Under the pieces are notes generated by a model. That model searched no databases, was not told the origin of the DNA, and was given only the letters and a program-made list of their open reading frames with translations. Shown here one piece after another: positions 28,607 to 38,261 of a stretch of DNA of 64,000 bases (its first letter is position 1; each line of letters begins with the position of its first letter). Both the position numbers and the translations under genes were made by a program. The stretch comes from an uncultured virus (IMG/VR IMGVR_UViG_3300017782_000010) (taxonomy: Duplodnaviria; Heunggongvirae; Uroviricota; Caudoviricetes): IMG/VR virus record IMGVR_UViG_3300017782_000010; one strand, written 5' to 3'.

Positions 28607-29101
28607 ATGCGCTCGTTTAGAGAAGTTGCATACAATTTTCAGAAACCAATTGCAGACCTAAATGCGAATGCAGTAACGGCTGGTCTTGGCACTATGAATC
28701 CAATCGTTGACCTTCAGGCTCAGAAGGAAATCACTAAATCCGATTTAGACCAACTAGAGAAGTACGCAGACAGATTGTTTGGTGCCGTTGGTATTGATGT
28801 CGAATTCACCAAACATTTCCTCGACAGGGTGAATGACGAAAGAAATAGAAAACAAATTACTACTGCCGAACTTACTAGATTATTCAAACAATCTTTCAAG
28901 AAGTACGGTAAAAAAATAGCACAACTTGGGCCTGATGCCGAAGCGGTGTTAAACGATATGCGAACAGATGTGAATATGCCGTTCGCATTAAATCTCAAGG
29001 GTGGTGAGTTAGAACTTGTTGCGAAAACAATTATGCGTAAGAAGGACTTTAAAACTCGTAATACAAAACTTGCCTTTGAGCAATATAGGAGACTAACATG
29101 A
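28607..29101 (+). CDS. Hypothetical protein, putative internal head protein
   Basis: MRSFRE start; FTKHFLDRVND and KTIMRK motifs. Confidence 0.55.
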   Translation: MRSFREVAYNFQKPIADLNANAVTAGLGTMNPIVDLQAQKEITKSDLDQLEKYADRLFGAVGIDVEFTKHFLDRVNDERNRKQITTAELTRLFKQSFKKYGKKIAQLGPDAEAVLNDMRTDVNMPFALNLKGGELELVAKTIMRKKDFKTRNTKLAFEQYRRLT

Positions 29102-29259
29102 TTAATTGGATTAAAAACAGAGTAGGTGAAAGAACATCTTGGGATGGTGCGGTATGCATTGGACTAGGACTTATGATTCTTTTTATGGCTCCACTCGCAA
29201 AGATTGCTGCTGGTATTGCAATCGCATGGGGTGTGTGGACAATTTGGAAATCTGAGTAG
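29098..29259 (+). CDS. Small two-TM membrane protein, holin candidate (not in ORF track)
   Basis: MINWIKNRVGERTSWDGAVCIGLGLMILFMAPLAKIAAGIAIAWGVWTIWKSE; RBS AGGAG. Confidence 0.55.
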   Translation: MINWIKNRVGERTSWDGAVCIGLGLMILFMAPLAKIAAGIAIAWGVWTIWKSE

Positions 29260-29270
29260 GAGAATATAAA

Positions 29271-29621
29271 ATGAATATGAAGTTTGGTATTGGCGTGGTT
29301 ATTGCAATTGTATTGCAAGTATCTGCTTTTGTTTGGTGGACTGCACAACAGGCACAAACAATCGAAACATTAAAAGGTGAAGTGAATGAACTGACAGCAA
29401 AATCAGCAGTTGCAAACGAAATCAATATTCAACGTGATATTGAAGACTTAAAAGAAATCATTGCAAAACACGAACAATGGATTGAAGAGAACCATTGGGA
29501 TATTGCAGATTTAATTTACTTTGCAACATTTACTGAAAATAGATGGTCAGATACATATGCAACTGACCCATCATATGAGAGGAAATTTGGAACTAAAAAT
29601 CCAATGTTACAAACAAAATGA
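29271..29621 (+). CDS. Membrane-anchored coiled-coil protein
   Basis: N-terminal TM then heptads. Confidence 0.6.
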   Translation: MNMKFGIGVVIAIVLQVSAFVWWTAQQAQTIETLKGEVNELTAKSAVANEINIQRDIEDLKEIIAKHEQWIEENHWDIADLIYFATFTENRWSDTYATDPSYERKFGTKNPMLQTK

Positions 29622-30007
29622 TTAGACTATATGCAATCATATTCATAGTCGCATTACTTGGCGGTGCAGCTTACGCCGCCAAGTATTATTACGACACAAC
29701 ACAGGCAACCATTGCACAGTTGCGTGAGAACAACGCAAAGTTAGAGGTTGCAAACGAAGAAAACCAAGCAACAATTAAACAGTTGGGTGAAGATGCGAAA
29801 AGATTAAACGCACTCACTGACCAACTTAATACTGACTTGCGAAAGGCGGAGGCCTACGGAGATGAACTCCGAAATACTCTAAATAAACATAATTTAACCC
29901 ATCTCGCAAATAAGAAGCCTGGGTTGATTGAGAAGAGGATGCAGAATGCGACAGATAAACTATGGGGTGACCTTGAGTCTGTTACTGGCGACAACACTAC
30001 TGATTAG
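29618..30007 (+). CDS. Probable i-spanin (Rz-like)
   Basis: N-terminal TM plus long coiled coil; overlaps a downstream lipoprotein gene. Confidence 0.65.
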   Translation: MIRLYAIIFIVALLGGAAYAAKYYYDTTQATIAQLRENNAKLEVANEENQATIKQLGEDAKRLNALTDQLNTDLRKAEAYGDELRNTLNKHNLTHLANKKPGLIEKRMQNATDKLWGDLESVTGDNTTD

Positions 30008-30353
30008 TGGTTGTTCTAGTTTCTATAAACCAGAAAAAGAAGTTGTTACTATAACAAAGTTAATTGAGAGACAGATACCAACTGTTCCTCATCCTAAACA
30101 GGTACAGATGAATGATATTCGTATTTACGTTGTATCACCAACTGAGAACTTTGAAGAATTTAAAAAAGAATTTGAGGCCAAGAATGGTGCAGATTCATAC
30201 ATTGCAATTTCTATAAAAGATTATGAAAATCTGTCTAAGAATTTTGCAGAACTGAGAAGGTATATTGAACAACAAAAACAAATTATCCTCTACTACGAGG
30301 AAGCGGTCAAACCGCAACAAAAGGAAGAAGATGACGGAGACATTTCCAAGTAA
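29946..30353 (+). CDS. Probable o-spanin lipoprotein (Rz1-like)
   Basis: Lipobox LISGC; overlaps the 3' end of the i-spanin gene. Confidence 0.65.
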   Translation: MRQINYGVTLSLLLATTLLISGCSSFYKPEKEVVTITKLIERQIPTVPHPKQVQMNDIRIYVVSPTENFEEFKKEFEAKNGADSYIAISIKDYENLSKNFAELRRYIEQQKQIILYYEEAVKPQQKEEDDGDISK

Positions 30354-31077
30354 ACCATATTTGATGGCGACACTATCTGGCGCCGCATATAAAACACCCA
30401 AACAGGCAGAAAAGACTTTCAAGAAGTATGGGTATGGTAACTATCGTTTTATTGATAACGATGGTGCTCAATGTTATGTGATATGGAATAAAAAATACGC
30501 AATCATAATTTTTAGGGGTACTGAACCTAAAGAGTTTTCTGATATTAAAGCAGACTTGAACGCACTACAGTCAAAGAGTAGGACTCGTGGAGATGTTCAT
30601 GCTGGGTTTAAGAATGAGATAAACAAGATATGGGATGATTTATCATTCACACTTGCAGACTTATCTGGACATGAGATTTTTATTACAGGACATTCACTTG
30701 GTGCCGCCATGGCAACTATCTGTGCGTCTAGGTTGAACAGAGATTTCAATATCAGTTGTCTATATACATTTGGTTCACCTAGAGTTGGTGATAAAAGATG
30801 GGTGAGAAACCTAAACATTTCACACTATCGTGTCGTTAATAATAATGACATTGTTTGTAAAGTGCCATTCTGGTTGATGGGTTACAGACATCACGGCGTT
30901 GAATGTTATATTAACCACTATGGTAATGTTCGTAGAATGACATGGTGGCAAAGATTTAAAGACCAATGGAGAGGTCGTAAGGCCGCATGGAAAAACAAAC
31001 AACCATTTGATGGTGTTCGTGACCATGACATTGTTGCATATGCAAAGAAGATGAAAAATGTGGTTCTGGGCAATTAG
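30331..31077 (+). CDS. Class 3 lipase
   Basis: FRGT, VHAGF, ITGHSLGAA, YTFGSPRVG, NNNDIV, DH. Confidence 0.9.
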   Translation: MTETFPSKPYLMATLSGAAYKTPKQAEKTFKKYGYGNYRFIDNDGAQCYVIWNKKYAIIIFRGTEPKEFSDIKADLNALQSKSRTRGDVHAGFKNEINKIWDDLSFTLADLSGHEIFITGHSLGAAMATICASRLNRDFNISCLYTFGSPRVGDKRWVRNLNISHYRVVNNNDIVCKVPFWLMGYRHHGVECYINHYGNVRRMTWWQRFKDQWRGRKAAWKNKQPFDGVRDHDIVAYAKKMKNVVLGN

Positions 31078-31315
31078 TGCAATAGCAGGGTCTATCCTTG
31101 GGTCGGCCTCCTCGGCGTGGTTTGAAAAAACTGCAATGGGTAGATGGTTTTATAAAAAGATAGACGGTTTGTACAACTGGGCTGCAAAGCGTTATGGACT
31201 AGAGATATTAAAGTCTGAAGACAAATGGAGAAAGAAGTATCCAAATGTCTCAAAGAAAATGGATGACCTTGAGAGTAGAATCCAAGAATTAGAGAAATGG
31301 TTTGTTGACAAATAG
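31058..31315 (+). CDS. Hypothetical membrane-associated protein
   Basis: Hydrophobic N-terminus, C-terminal coiled coil. Confidence 0.55.
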   Translation: MWFWAISAIAGSILGSASSAWFEKTAMGRWFYKKIDGLYNWAAKRYGLEILKSEDKWRKKYPNVSKKMDDLESRIQELEKWFVDK

Positions 31316-31394
31316 CACAGTCAAATTAATTTGTTTGTCAAAAGATTGACACTGCATAAATAGTAGTGTCGCAAATCGACAACGAGAGAGATAT

Positions 31395-31943
31395 ATGACT
31401 AGATACATTTTTATTTTATTTGGTGTGTTGTTTTTCGCAACGAATTCATATGCACAAACCACAAGTGTGGAAACAACTACTAATAGTAAATCTGATGTTA
31501 CTACATCAGGCAAGACAATTGTTATATCCCCACCACCATCTGCGATTTCGCCAAGTATTGGTTCTTCATCTTCAGACCTTTGTACTACAGGGGTTTCTGG
31601 TGCAGTCCAAACACAAATTCTTGGTGTCTCTACAGGTGAAATGGTAAGGGATGAAAATTGTGAACGTCTAAAGATTTCAAAGACACTCTATGATATGGGC
31701 ATGAAAGTGGCCGCAGTATCAGTCCTATGTCAAGACCGTAGAGTTTATGACGCAATGGAAATGGCAGGCACACCCTGCCCGTTCTTGGGTAAAATCGGTG
31801 AGCAGGCAACCGATGAGTGGAAAAGTAATCCAGACAGAATTCCACCTGTCGAAAGAATAGAGAAAAAATCAGATGTTCAAAAAAGAAACGCTACTATCGG
31901 CGCTACTGTTGGTAGTCTTGCTTTGCTTCTCCTCTTACTCTAA
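31395..31943 (+). CDS. Secreted/membrane Cys-containing protein
   Basis: Signal peptide, PPPSAISP, MEMAGTPCP, C-terminal TM. Confidence 0.65.
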   Translation: MTRYIFILFGVLFFATNSYAQTTSVETTTNSKSDVTTSGKTIVISPPPSAISPSIGSSSSDLCTTGVSGAVQTQILGVSTGEMVRDENCERLKISKTLYDMGMKVAAVSVLCQDRRVYDAMEMAGTPCPFLGKIGEQATDEWKSNPDRIPPVERIEKKSDVQKRNATIGATVGSLALLLLLL

Positions 31944-33861
31944 CGCACAAGTAACTTGTTCAACAGACGGTACTACTAATCCATTAGCAGGCAATGGCAC
32001 CTGTCTAGACCCCAACGATAATACTGTTCAACAAATTATAGACCAAGGTGATTTTGGCACAGGTAGTCATAACACTGGAAGTTCTCATAATCAGATGTAT
32101 CAGATGACGGACAGAAGAACTGGTGCAGTTTTGTCTACTGATTACATTATGCACTTCTCGTATACTGACGATACATGGATAACCAATCTGGCTATCAATC
32201 AAGCGTTAGTTGGTGCTGGGTTTGATATTGCTGGTTACATAACAGAATGGGAATGGAAAAATGAAACCACGAATACAATAAATGGTGCTTGTACAGCAAC
32301 AAAAGTAAACGGTGATTGTTTAGATGATTTAGTAATCACTGTCGATGCATTTGCTTCTGGTACTAACATTTATTCTGAAGAGTGGGATTACAGTCAAACA
32401 AAATCAAATGGATATACGGTTGAGGAAGTATTAAGTTTTGCTCCATTAGCATTAGTGCCAGGCGTAACTATTGACCAAATTGAAGTAACTATCCGAGGCA
32501 AAGACAATGGTTATTGGCAAGGTATGCACGGCCCAAAGGTGAAGAACTTTACTGGTAGTGTAGTTCTTATGCCAGATACCTGTACACTCAATGGAGCGCT
32601 ATCTGATGCCTCCTGTCCTGGCTATGCAAATGCGTTGTTTCAACAACAATGCACTTCCAATCCATTATTTGACCCATCTTGTTCAGGCTATGCGGCTGCA
32701 TACTTGACACAACAGTGTTCTGCAAATCCTTTGTATGACCCTGCCTGTCCTGGCTATGCAAACGCATATTACAATCAACAATGTCAACTCAATCCACTAT
32801 ATGATAGTGGATGTACAGGATACAAGACCGCATATTACAATCAACAATGTCAACTTGACCCACTATATGATAGTGGGTGTACAGGGTATAAGACTGCATA
32901 CTTCAATCAACAATGTTCGCTAGACCCCCTCTATGACCCATCATGCCCCGGCTATGCGTCAGCAAACCTTGCAAAACAATGTGACTATGACCCACTATAT
33001 TCGGTGGAGTGTACTGGATACCAACAAGCATATCTAGAACAACAATGTGAATTAGATTCATTATATGACGTACAATGTCCAGACTATCAAACCGCAATAG
33101 AACTTACAAAGATTGTTGACAATGGTAGGACAGATGACCCTACAATTATAAACAATGAAATAGATGTTACTACAACAACTGAAATTGAAGGTTTACCAAA
33201 TGTATTGACGTTACCAGATGTACAGACAGTTGTGGTTGAAGAGATTGATGACGGTGAAGGTTTTCAAGAAGTCGAAGATAATATCAGAGGTGACCAACTT
33301 GCAATGGAAGATGACATCGAAAAAGAAATTGAAGAACTAGAAGGTCAAACTGGTAATACTGCAATGGATGATGACATTGAGAAAGAACTTGCAGAAGTAG
33401 AGAATGAAGCAAGCTCTGGTGATGGTAACACAAACCAAGAGGACGATATTGAGAAAGAACTTGCAGAGTTAAAAGAAAATACATCTGAAGATGAAGACTT
33501 TCAAGACCCAACTAAAAAGACTGTTGTAGATAAATCATCAGAACAAAAGATTGGAAAGAAGAAAGTAGTAGAGAAGAAGTCAACTAAGAACGACAAGATA
33601 AGAATGTTGTTGGCCCAGAAGGCGATTGAGTTGACAAAGAAGATTGAACAAGAAACGAATTTGGAAAACCAAATGTTAGTACAACGTCAACTCCTTGCAC
33701 TGATTTCGTATGTGCCTGGATTTGACTATGCAGAAAAGAAGAACAAGGATAATGATTTCTATCCAGACAAACCAACTGTAGACCATGCGTTTGCAAGATG
33801 GTTTTTGAATGACCCCAATTTCGACACGATGGAAAACTTACAATATCCAAACTTAAACTAG
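31873..33861 (+). CDS. Exported protein with Cys-rich 22 aa repeats and acidic repeats
   Basis: Signal peptide; QQCxxxPLYDxxCxGY repeats; EDDIEKELAE repeats. Confidence 0.7.
   Translation: MFKKETLLSALLLVVLLCFSSYSNAQVTCSTDGTTNPLAGNGTCLDPNDNTVQQIIDQGDFGTGSHNTGSSHNQMYQMTDRRTGAVLSTDYIMHFSYTDDTWITNLAINQALVGAGFDIAGYITEWEWKNETTNTINGACTATKVNGDCLDDLVITVDAFASGTNIYSEEWDYSQTKSNGYTVEEVLSFAPLALVPGVTIDQIEVTIRGKDNGYWQGMHGPKVKNFTGSVVLMPDTCTLNGALSDASCPGYANALFQQQCTSNPLFDPSCSGYAAAYLTQQCSANPLYDPACPGYANAYYNQQCQLNPLYDSGCTGYKTAYYNQQCQLDPLYDSGCTGYKTAYFNQQCSLDPLYDPSCPGYASANLAKQCDYDPLYSVECTGYQQAYLEQQCELDSLYDVQCPDYQTAIELTKIVDNGRTDDPTIINNEIDVTTTTEIEGLPNVLTLPDVQTVVVEEIDDGEGFQEVEDNIRGDQLAMEDDIEKEIEELEGQTGNTAMDDDIEKELAEVENEASSGDGNTNQEDDIEKELAELKENTSEDEDFQDPTKKTVVDKSSEQKIGKKKVVEKKSTKNDKIRMLLAQKAIELTKKIEQETNLENQMLVQRQLLALISYVPGFDYAEKKNKDNDFYPDKPTVDHAFARWFLNDPNFDTMENLQYPNLN
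32575..33100 (+). repeat. About 8 degenerate 66 bp tandem repeats (in frame)
   Basis: CAACAATG-like starts at 32644, 32710, 32776, 32842, 32908, 32974, 33040. Confidence 0.85.
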
Positions 33862-33870
33862 GAGAGAAAA

Positions 33871-34401
33871 ATGGCTGAAGTAGAATATGACGGAGTGAAA
33901 CTTACAGGAAGTAAATTGTTTATGATTATCCCACTGGTATCCATGTTAGGTGGTGGTCTGTGGGCAGGCTTTGAATTTTACAAAGACTACATGGACATGA
34001 AGGAACAAATACAGAGTTATGTCGCACCAGACTTATCTGAATTTGATAAAAAACTTGCAGTGTTAAGAGAAGAAATGATTGCACTTGATGAGGGTGTTGC
34101 AACTTCTGTTGATGTTATGAGAGAAACCAAACATGACTTGAGAGAGGATTTGGTTCGTATGGAACGTATTCTTGACAAGGTTGAGAATGACATTGATGTG
34201 GTTGAAGACGAAGCAACTTCATTAATGGACAGAACTAAGAAAGAAACCAGAGAATTAATTCTTGATGCGAACAACCGTTTCAATGATAAGATTGATGGTA
34301 TGGAAGGTTATGTCAAAAGAGAACTGCAACAACTTGAAGACGAAATGAATAGTAAGTTGACTAAGGCCCTAGACAACCCACTGGCGAATCGTAAAAACTA
34401 G
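33871..34401 (+). CDS. Membrane-anchored coiled-coil protein
   Basis: TM LGGGLWAGFEFY then heptads; ends ALDNPLA. Confidence 0.65.
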   Translation: MAEVEYDGVKLTGSKLFMIIPLVSMLGGGLWAGFEFYKDYMDMKEQIQSYVAPDLSEFDKKLAVLREEMIALDEGVATSVDVMRETKHDLREDLVRMERILDKVENDIDVVEDEATSLMDRTKKETRELILDANNRFNDKIDGMEGYVKRELQQLEDEMNSKLTKALDNPLANRKN

Positions 34402-34432
34402 TTCCCATAAATATCTTCATGGGAGATATGAG

Positions 34433-34876
34433 ATGTCCGTAGAAACAGAAATTGCGCTCTTGAAAAGAGAAGTAGATGACATGAAACAGATTCATGTTCG
34501 TCTTGATACTGCTATTGAAAAGATTGCAGATGTTTCTACGTCATTGCATACTATCATGGCGGTGCATGAAGAGAAGTTAATTAGACAGGAAGAAGCATTG
34601 GACGAACAAGAGAAAAAACTTACAGAAAATATCATGGAGTTGCATTCTCGCATTACGTCCAACGCAAAGGAAACTAACAAGGCTATGGGTGATATGGAAC
34701 GCCGTCTGGTTGAACAGATGAACGCTCATAGTAAGATTGAAGAGGAACACTTTCGTAAGATGCGTGAAGAATTGTCGCAGAGGGTGGGTGTTCTGGAAAA
34801 GTGGAGATGGCTCATCATTGGTGGGTCAATCGTTATAGGGTTTATTCTTCAAAAGGTCTTGACATTCCCCATGTAA
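34433..34876 (+). CDS. Coiled-coil protein with C-terminal TM
   Basis: LAVHEE-like motif, LEKWRW plus TM; CATAAATA at 34406. Confidence 0.65.
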   Translation: MSVETEIALLKREVDDMKQIHVRLDTAIEKIADVSTSLHTIMAVHEEKLIRQEEALDEQEKKLTENIMELHSRITSNAKETNKAMGDMERRLVEQMNAHSKIEEEHFRKMREELSQRVGVLEKWRWLIIGGSIVIGFILQKVLTFPM

Positions 34877-34894
34877 ATGTATATACTCACTTTT

Positions 34895-35905
34895 ATGAGT
34901 ATGTACATAGACCTCAAATATCTTAATCTAATATCGCACAGACTCCAAAGGTTCAAGAAGAAGAGTGATTATCTCTGGAACTTTAGGTGTCCGTTCTGTG
35001 GCGATTCCAAGAAAAGTCAGTCGAAAGCGAGGGGGTTCGTCTTTCGCAAAAAGAATGACCTATTCTACAAATGTCACAACTGTAGTATGGGAACAAATTT
35101 ATCAAATGTGATAAAACACATCGACTCAAAGATACATGATGACTATATATTAGAACGGTACAGAGAGGGCACCACTGCAACAGGAAGGGGTGGCCATGTC
35201 GAGAATCCAAAATTCGATATACCGAAACCTGTCTTTACCAAGAAGGGTATCTTCAATAATGTCAAATCTTTTAGGGAAATTGGAAAAGAACATCCTGCCT
35301 ATCGGTTCATCGAAGACCGAAAAATTCCCAATGACAACGATATCTATCTGGTCAATCAGTTTTATTCTTGGACTAATCAATTAGTTCCAAATAAGTTTCC
35401 AACCTTGGATGGTGACCACCCAAGGATGGTGATTCCGTTTCGTGATTCCAATGGTGACATATTTGCATATCAAGGGAGAGCGTTTGGAAAAGAAAAACCA
35501 AAGTACATTACCATCATTCTTGATGAGAGTGTACCAAAGATATATGGTCTTGACAGGGTTGATACTTCTAGGGATATTTTTGTCGTGGAAGGCCCTATTG
35601 ATAGTCTTTTTATATCAAACTGTATTGCGGTGGCTCAGAGTGATTTGCGTGTACCTCAATATAAAGACAAAGCAGTTCTTGTTCCAGACAACGAACCAAG
35701 GAACAGGGAAATCATTAAACAACTAGGAAAGGCGATTGATGAAGGTTATAGAGTAGTAGTGTGGCCTGATTATGTGCGACAAAAGGATATTAACGATATG
35801 ATACTATCTGGAATGGACGCTCTTGAAATCAAAGAACTTATACATACTAGCACCTACCAAGGTTTAACCGCCAAAGTCGAATTTCAAAAATGGAAAAAAA
35901 TATAG
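34895..35905 (+). CDS. gp61: DNA primase
   Basis: CPFCGDS..CHNC zinc finger, VVEGPIDS TOPRIM, DNEPRN, KDINDM; promoter TTGACA-17-TATACT at 34859-34887. Confidence 0.95.
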   Translation: MSMYIDLKYLNLISHRLQRFKKKSDYLWNFRCPFCGDSKKSQSKARGFVFRKKNDLFYKCHNCSMGTNLSNVIKHIDSKIHDDYILERYREGTTATGRGGHVENPKFDIPKPVFTKKGIFNNVKSFREIGKEHPAYRFIEDRKIPNDNDIYLVNQFYSWTNQLVPNKFPTLDGDHPRMVIPFRDSNGDIFAYQGRAFGKEKPKYITIILDESVPKIYGLDRVDTSRDIFVVEGPIDSLFISNCIAVAQSDLRVPQYKDKAVLVPDNEPRNREIIKQLGKAIDEGYRVVVWPDYVRQKDINDMILSGMDALEIKELIHTSTYQGLTAKVEFQKWKKI

Positions 35906-35915
35906 GAGAATTAGA

Positions 35916-37739
35916 ATGCAAACAGCAGAGGTTGTGGAGTTTCCGATGGTGAGAAACTCGCAGTATTTGGGTATCAACATAGATTTTAAACGTGACGATA
36001 CCTTATCAGAACAAGCATCAAAGTTATTAAAAGATTACTATTGTATTGATGGTGAGTATAGTCCACAACAAGCGTTTGCAAGAGCCTCAGTTGCATATTC
36101 ATATGGGGATATGGAACTTGCACAAAGAATTTACGATTACGTTTCAAAGGGGTGGTTCATGTTTGCATCACCTGTATTATCAAATGCACCTTTGCCTGGC
36201 CAAAAGGTAAAGGCGTTACCTATCTCTTGTTTTCTAACTTATGTTCCAGACTCGTTAGAAGGTCTTATTGACCATACGGCGGAACTGAGATGGCTTTCTG
36301 TGAAGGGTGGTGGTGTCGGTGGTCACTGGTCTGATGTACGAGCAGTATCCGACAAAGCCCCAGGCCCAATGCCATTTCTGCACACAGTTGATGCAGATAT
36401 GACAGCATACAGACAGGGTAAGACAAGGAAAGGTTCTTATGCTGCGTACATGGATGTTACACATCCAGACATCATTGAATTCTTGAATATGAGAGTTCCT
36501 ACAGGTGATGTTAATCGTAAGAACCTTAACTTGCACCATGCAATTAACATTACTGATTCGTTCATGAGAGCAATTGAACGAGATGAGATGTGGGATTTAC
36601 TTGACCCCAATGATGGGTCAGTTCGTGATTCCATGAAGGCAAGAAAGTTATGGGAACAAATTCTAGAAGTAAGATATCGTACAGGTGAACCATATTTGAA
36701 TTTCATTGACACTGCTAATCGTGCGTTACCTCAAACTCAAAAGGACAAAGGATTAAAGATTCATGGTTCAAACTTATGTAACGAAATTCATCTTCCAACT
36801 TCAGATGATAGGACTGCTGTATGTTGTCTTTCTTCAGTCAATGTTGAGTTGTTTGAAGATTGGAAAAAGACAACAATGATTCGTGACCTTGTTCGATTCT
36901 TGGACAACGTGTTACAATTCTTTATTGACAACGCACCAGACGAAATCAGTCGTGCAAGATATTCTGCACAACAAGAAAGGTCACTTGGACTAGGTGCAAT
37001 GGGTTGGCATTCTTTCCTACACAGAAAGAGAATTCCTTTTGATGGTAGTCAAGCAGATGTATGGAACGCAGTTATATTCCAATACATTCAAAAAGAAGCA
37101 ATCGAAGAAAGTTTATCCCTTGGTTCATCTAGAGGAGAGGCACCAGACATGGAAGGCACTGGTAGACGTAATGCACATCTACTTGCAATCGCCCCGAATG
37201 CAAACAGTTCTATCATCTGTGGTACTTCACCATCAATTGAACCATTGAAGGCAAATGCGTATACACACAGAACCAGAGCAGGTTCGCACCTTGTAAAAAA
37301 TAAGTATCTTGCAGAAGAACTTGAGAAGGTTGAGAAGAATACCGACAAAGTATGGCAAGACATTATTACCAAGGGTGGTTCTGTACAACACCTTAAATTC
37401 TTGAAAGACGATGTGAAAGAAGTTTTCAAGACCGCAATCGAACTTGACCAGAATGTACTGGTAAAACAAGGTGGTGACAGACAAAGATTCTTGTGTCAAG
37501 GTCAGTCATTGAATCTATTCTTTCCTGCCGGTGCAGAGAAAAAGTATCTACACAAGGTACACTACAATGCATGGAAAGAAGGTTGTAAAGGTCTTTATTA
37601 TTTGAGAACTGAGACAGGTCAACGTGCAGAGAACGTATCTGAAAAGGTCGAAAGAAACGCATTGAAAGATTATGAATCACAGGCCGTATGCGACATCACT
37701 GCACAATCGCAAGATGAGTGTGTAGCGTGTCAGGGCTAG
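35916..37739 (+). CDS. nrdA: Ribonucleotide reductase class I alpha subunit, short form
   Basis: ISCFL, SNLCNEI, VCCLSS, LYYLR, C-terminal CVAC; no apparent ATP cone. Confidence 0.95.
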   Translation: MQTAEVVEFPMVRNSQYLGINIDFKRDDTLSEQASKLLKDYYCIDGEYSPQQAFARASVAYSYGDMELAQRIYDYVSKGWFMFASPVLSNAPLPGQKVKALPISCFLTYVPDSLEGLIDHTAELRWLSVKGGGVGGHWSDVRAVSDKAPGPMPFLHTVDADMTAYRQGKTRKGSYAAYMDVTHPDIIEFLNMRVPTGDVNRKNLNLHHAINITDSFMRAIERDEMWDLLDPNDGSVRDSMKARKLWEQILEVRYRTGEPYLNFIDTANRALPQTQKDKGLKIHGSNLCNEIHLPTSDDRTAVCCLSSVNVELFEDWKKTTMIRDLVRFLDNVLQFFIDNAPDEISRARYSAQQERSLGLGAMGWHSFLHRKRIPFDGSQADVWNAVIFQYIQKEAIEESLSLGSSRGEAPDMEGTGRRNAHLLAIAPNANSSIICGTSPSIEPLKANAYTHRTRAGSHLVKNKYLAEELEKVEKNTDKVWQDIITKGGSVQHLKFLKDDVKEVFKTAIELDQNVLVKQGGDRQRFLCQGQSLNLFFPAGAEKKYLHKVHYNAWKEGCKGLYYLRTETGQRAENVSEKVERNALKDYESQAVCDITAQSQDECVACQG

Positions 37740-38017
37740 TTCAGTTAACTGATAGTGCAAAAGAATATCTAAGACAAGTCGGTAAACCAAATGTCTACTT
37801 GTCAGTCAAGGGTGGTGGTTGTTCTGGATTCCAATATGTTTGGAATACCACAGATGAACCAGCCACTGTTGAGAACTTAGTTATTGACCCTGTTGCAGAG
37901 ATGTTTGTAATGGGTTGCACAGTAGATTATGTTACAGAATTGGGTGGGTCTTACTTAAAAGTATCTAACCCTAATGCCACTGCATCATGTGGATGCGGTG
38001 AGAGTTTTGCAGTGTAG
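37718..38017 (+). CDS. iscA: Fe-S cluster assembly A-type carrier (IscA/HesB); start uncertain
   Basis: GGGCSGFQY and NPNATASCGCGESF. Confidence 0.9.
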   Translation: MCSVSGLVQLTDSAKEYLRQVGKPNVYLSVKGGGCSGFQYVWNTTDEPATVENLVIDPVAEMFVMGCTVDYVTELGGSYLKVSNPNATASCGCGESFAV

Positions 38018-38027
38018 GAGACAATTC

Positions 38028-38258
38028 ATGCAAGAGACATCTTTCGGAATACCACTGACTACACCAGTACAGGTTAATGCCGACCTTACTGGAAAACAAA
38101 AGCGTTACATTCTAGTACGAATGGAACAACTAAAAGAAGATATGGAGAAGGCACATGATGAACACGATAAAAAGTGGTACAACAGGTGCATCCAAGAATT
38201 AGATTGGGTTTTACAAATGCGTGAAAAACCTAATCACAACTGTTACATGGAGAAGTAA
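38028..38258 (+). CDS. Hypothetical protein
   Basis: RBS AGGAG; WYNRCIQELDW motif. Confidence 0.6.
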   Translation: MQETSFGIPLTTPVQVNADLTGKQKRYILVRMEQLKEDMEKAHDEHDKKWYNRCIQELDWVLQMREKPNHNCYMEK

Positions 38259-38261
38259 AAA

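Noticed and set aside
32575..33100. Possible CRISPR array
   Set aside because: The repeats are in-frame 66 bp coding units with degenerate third positions and no unique spacers.
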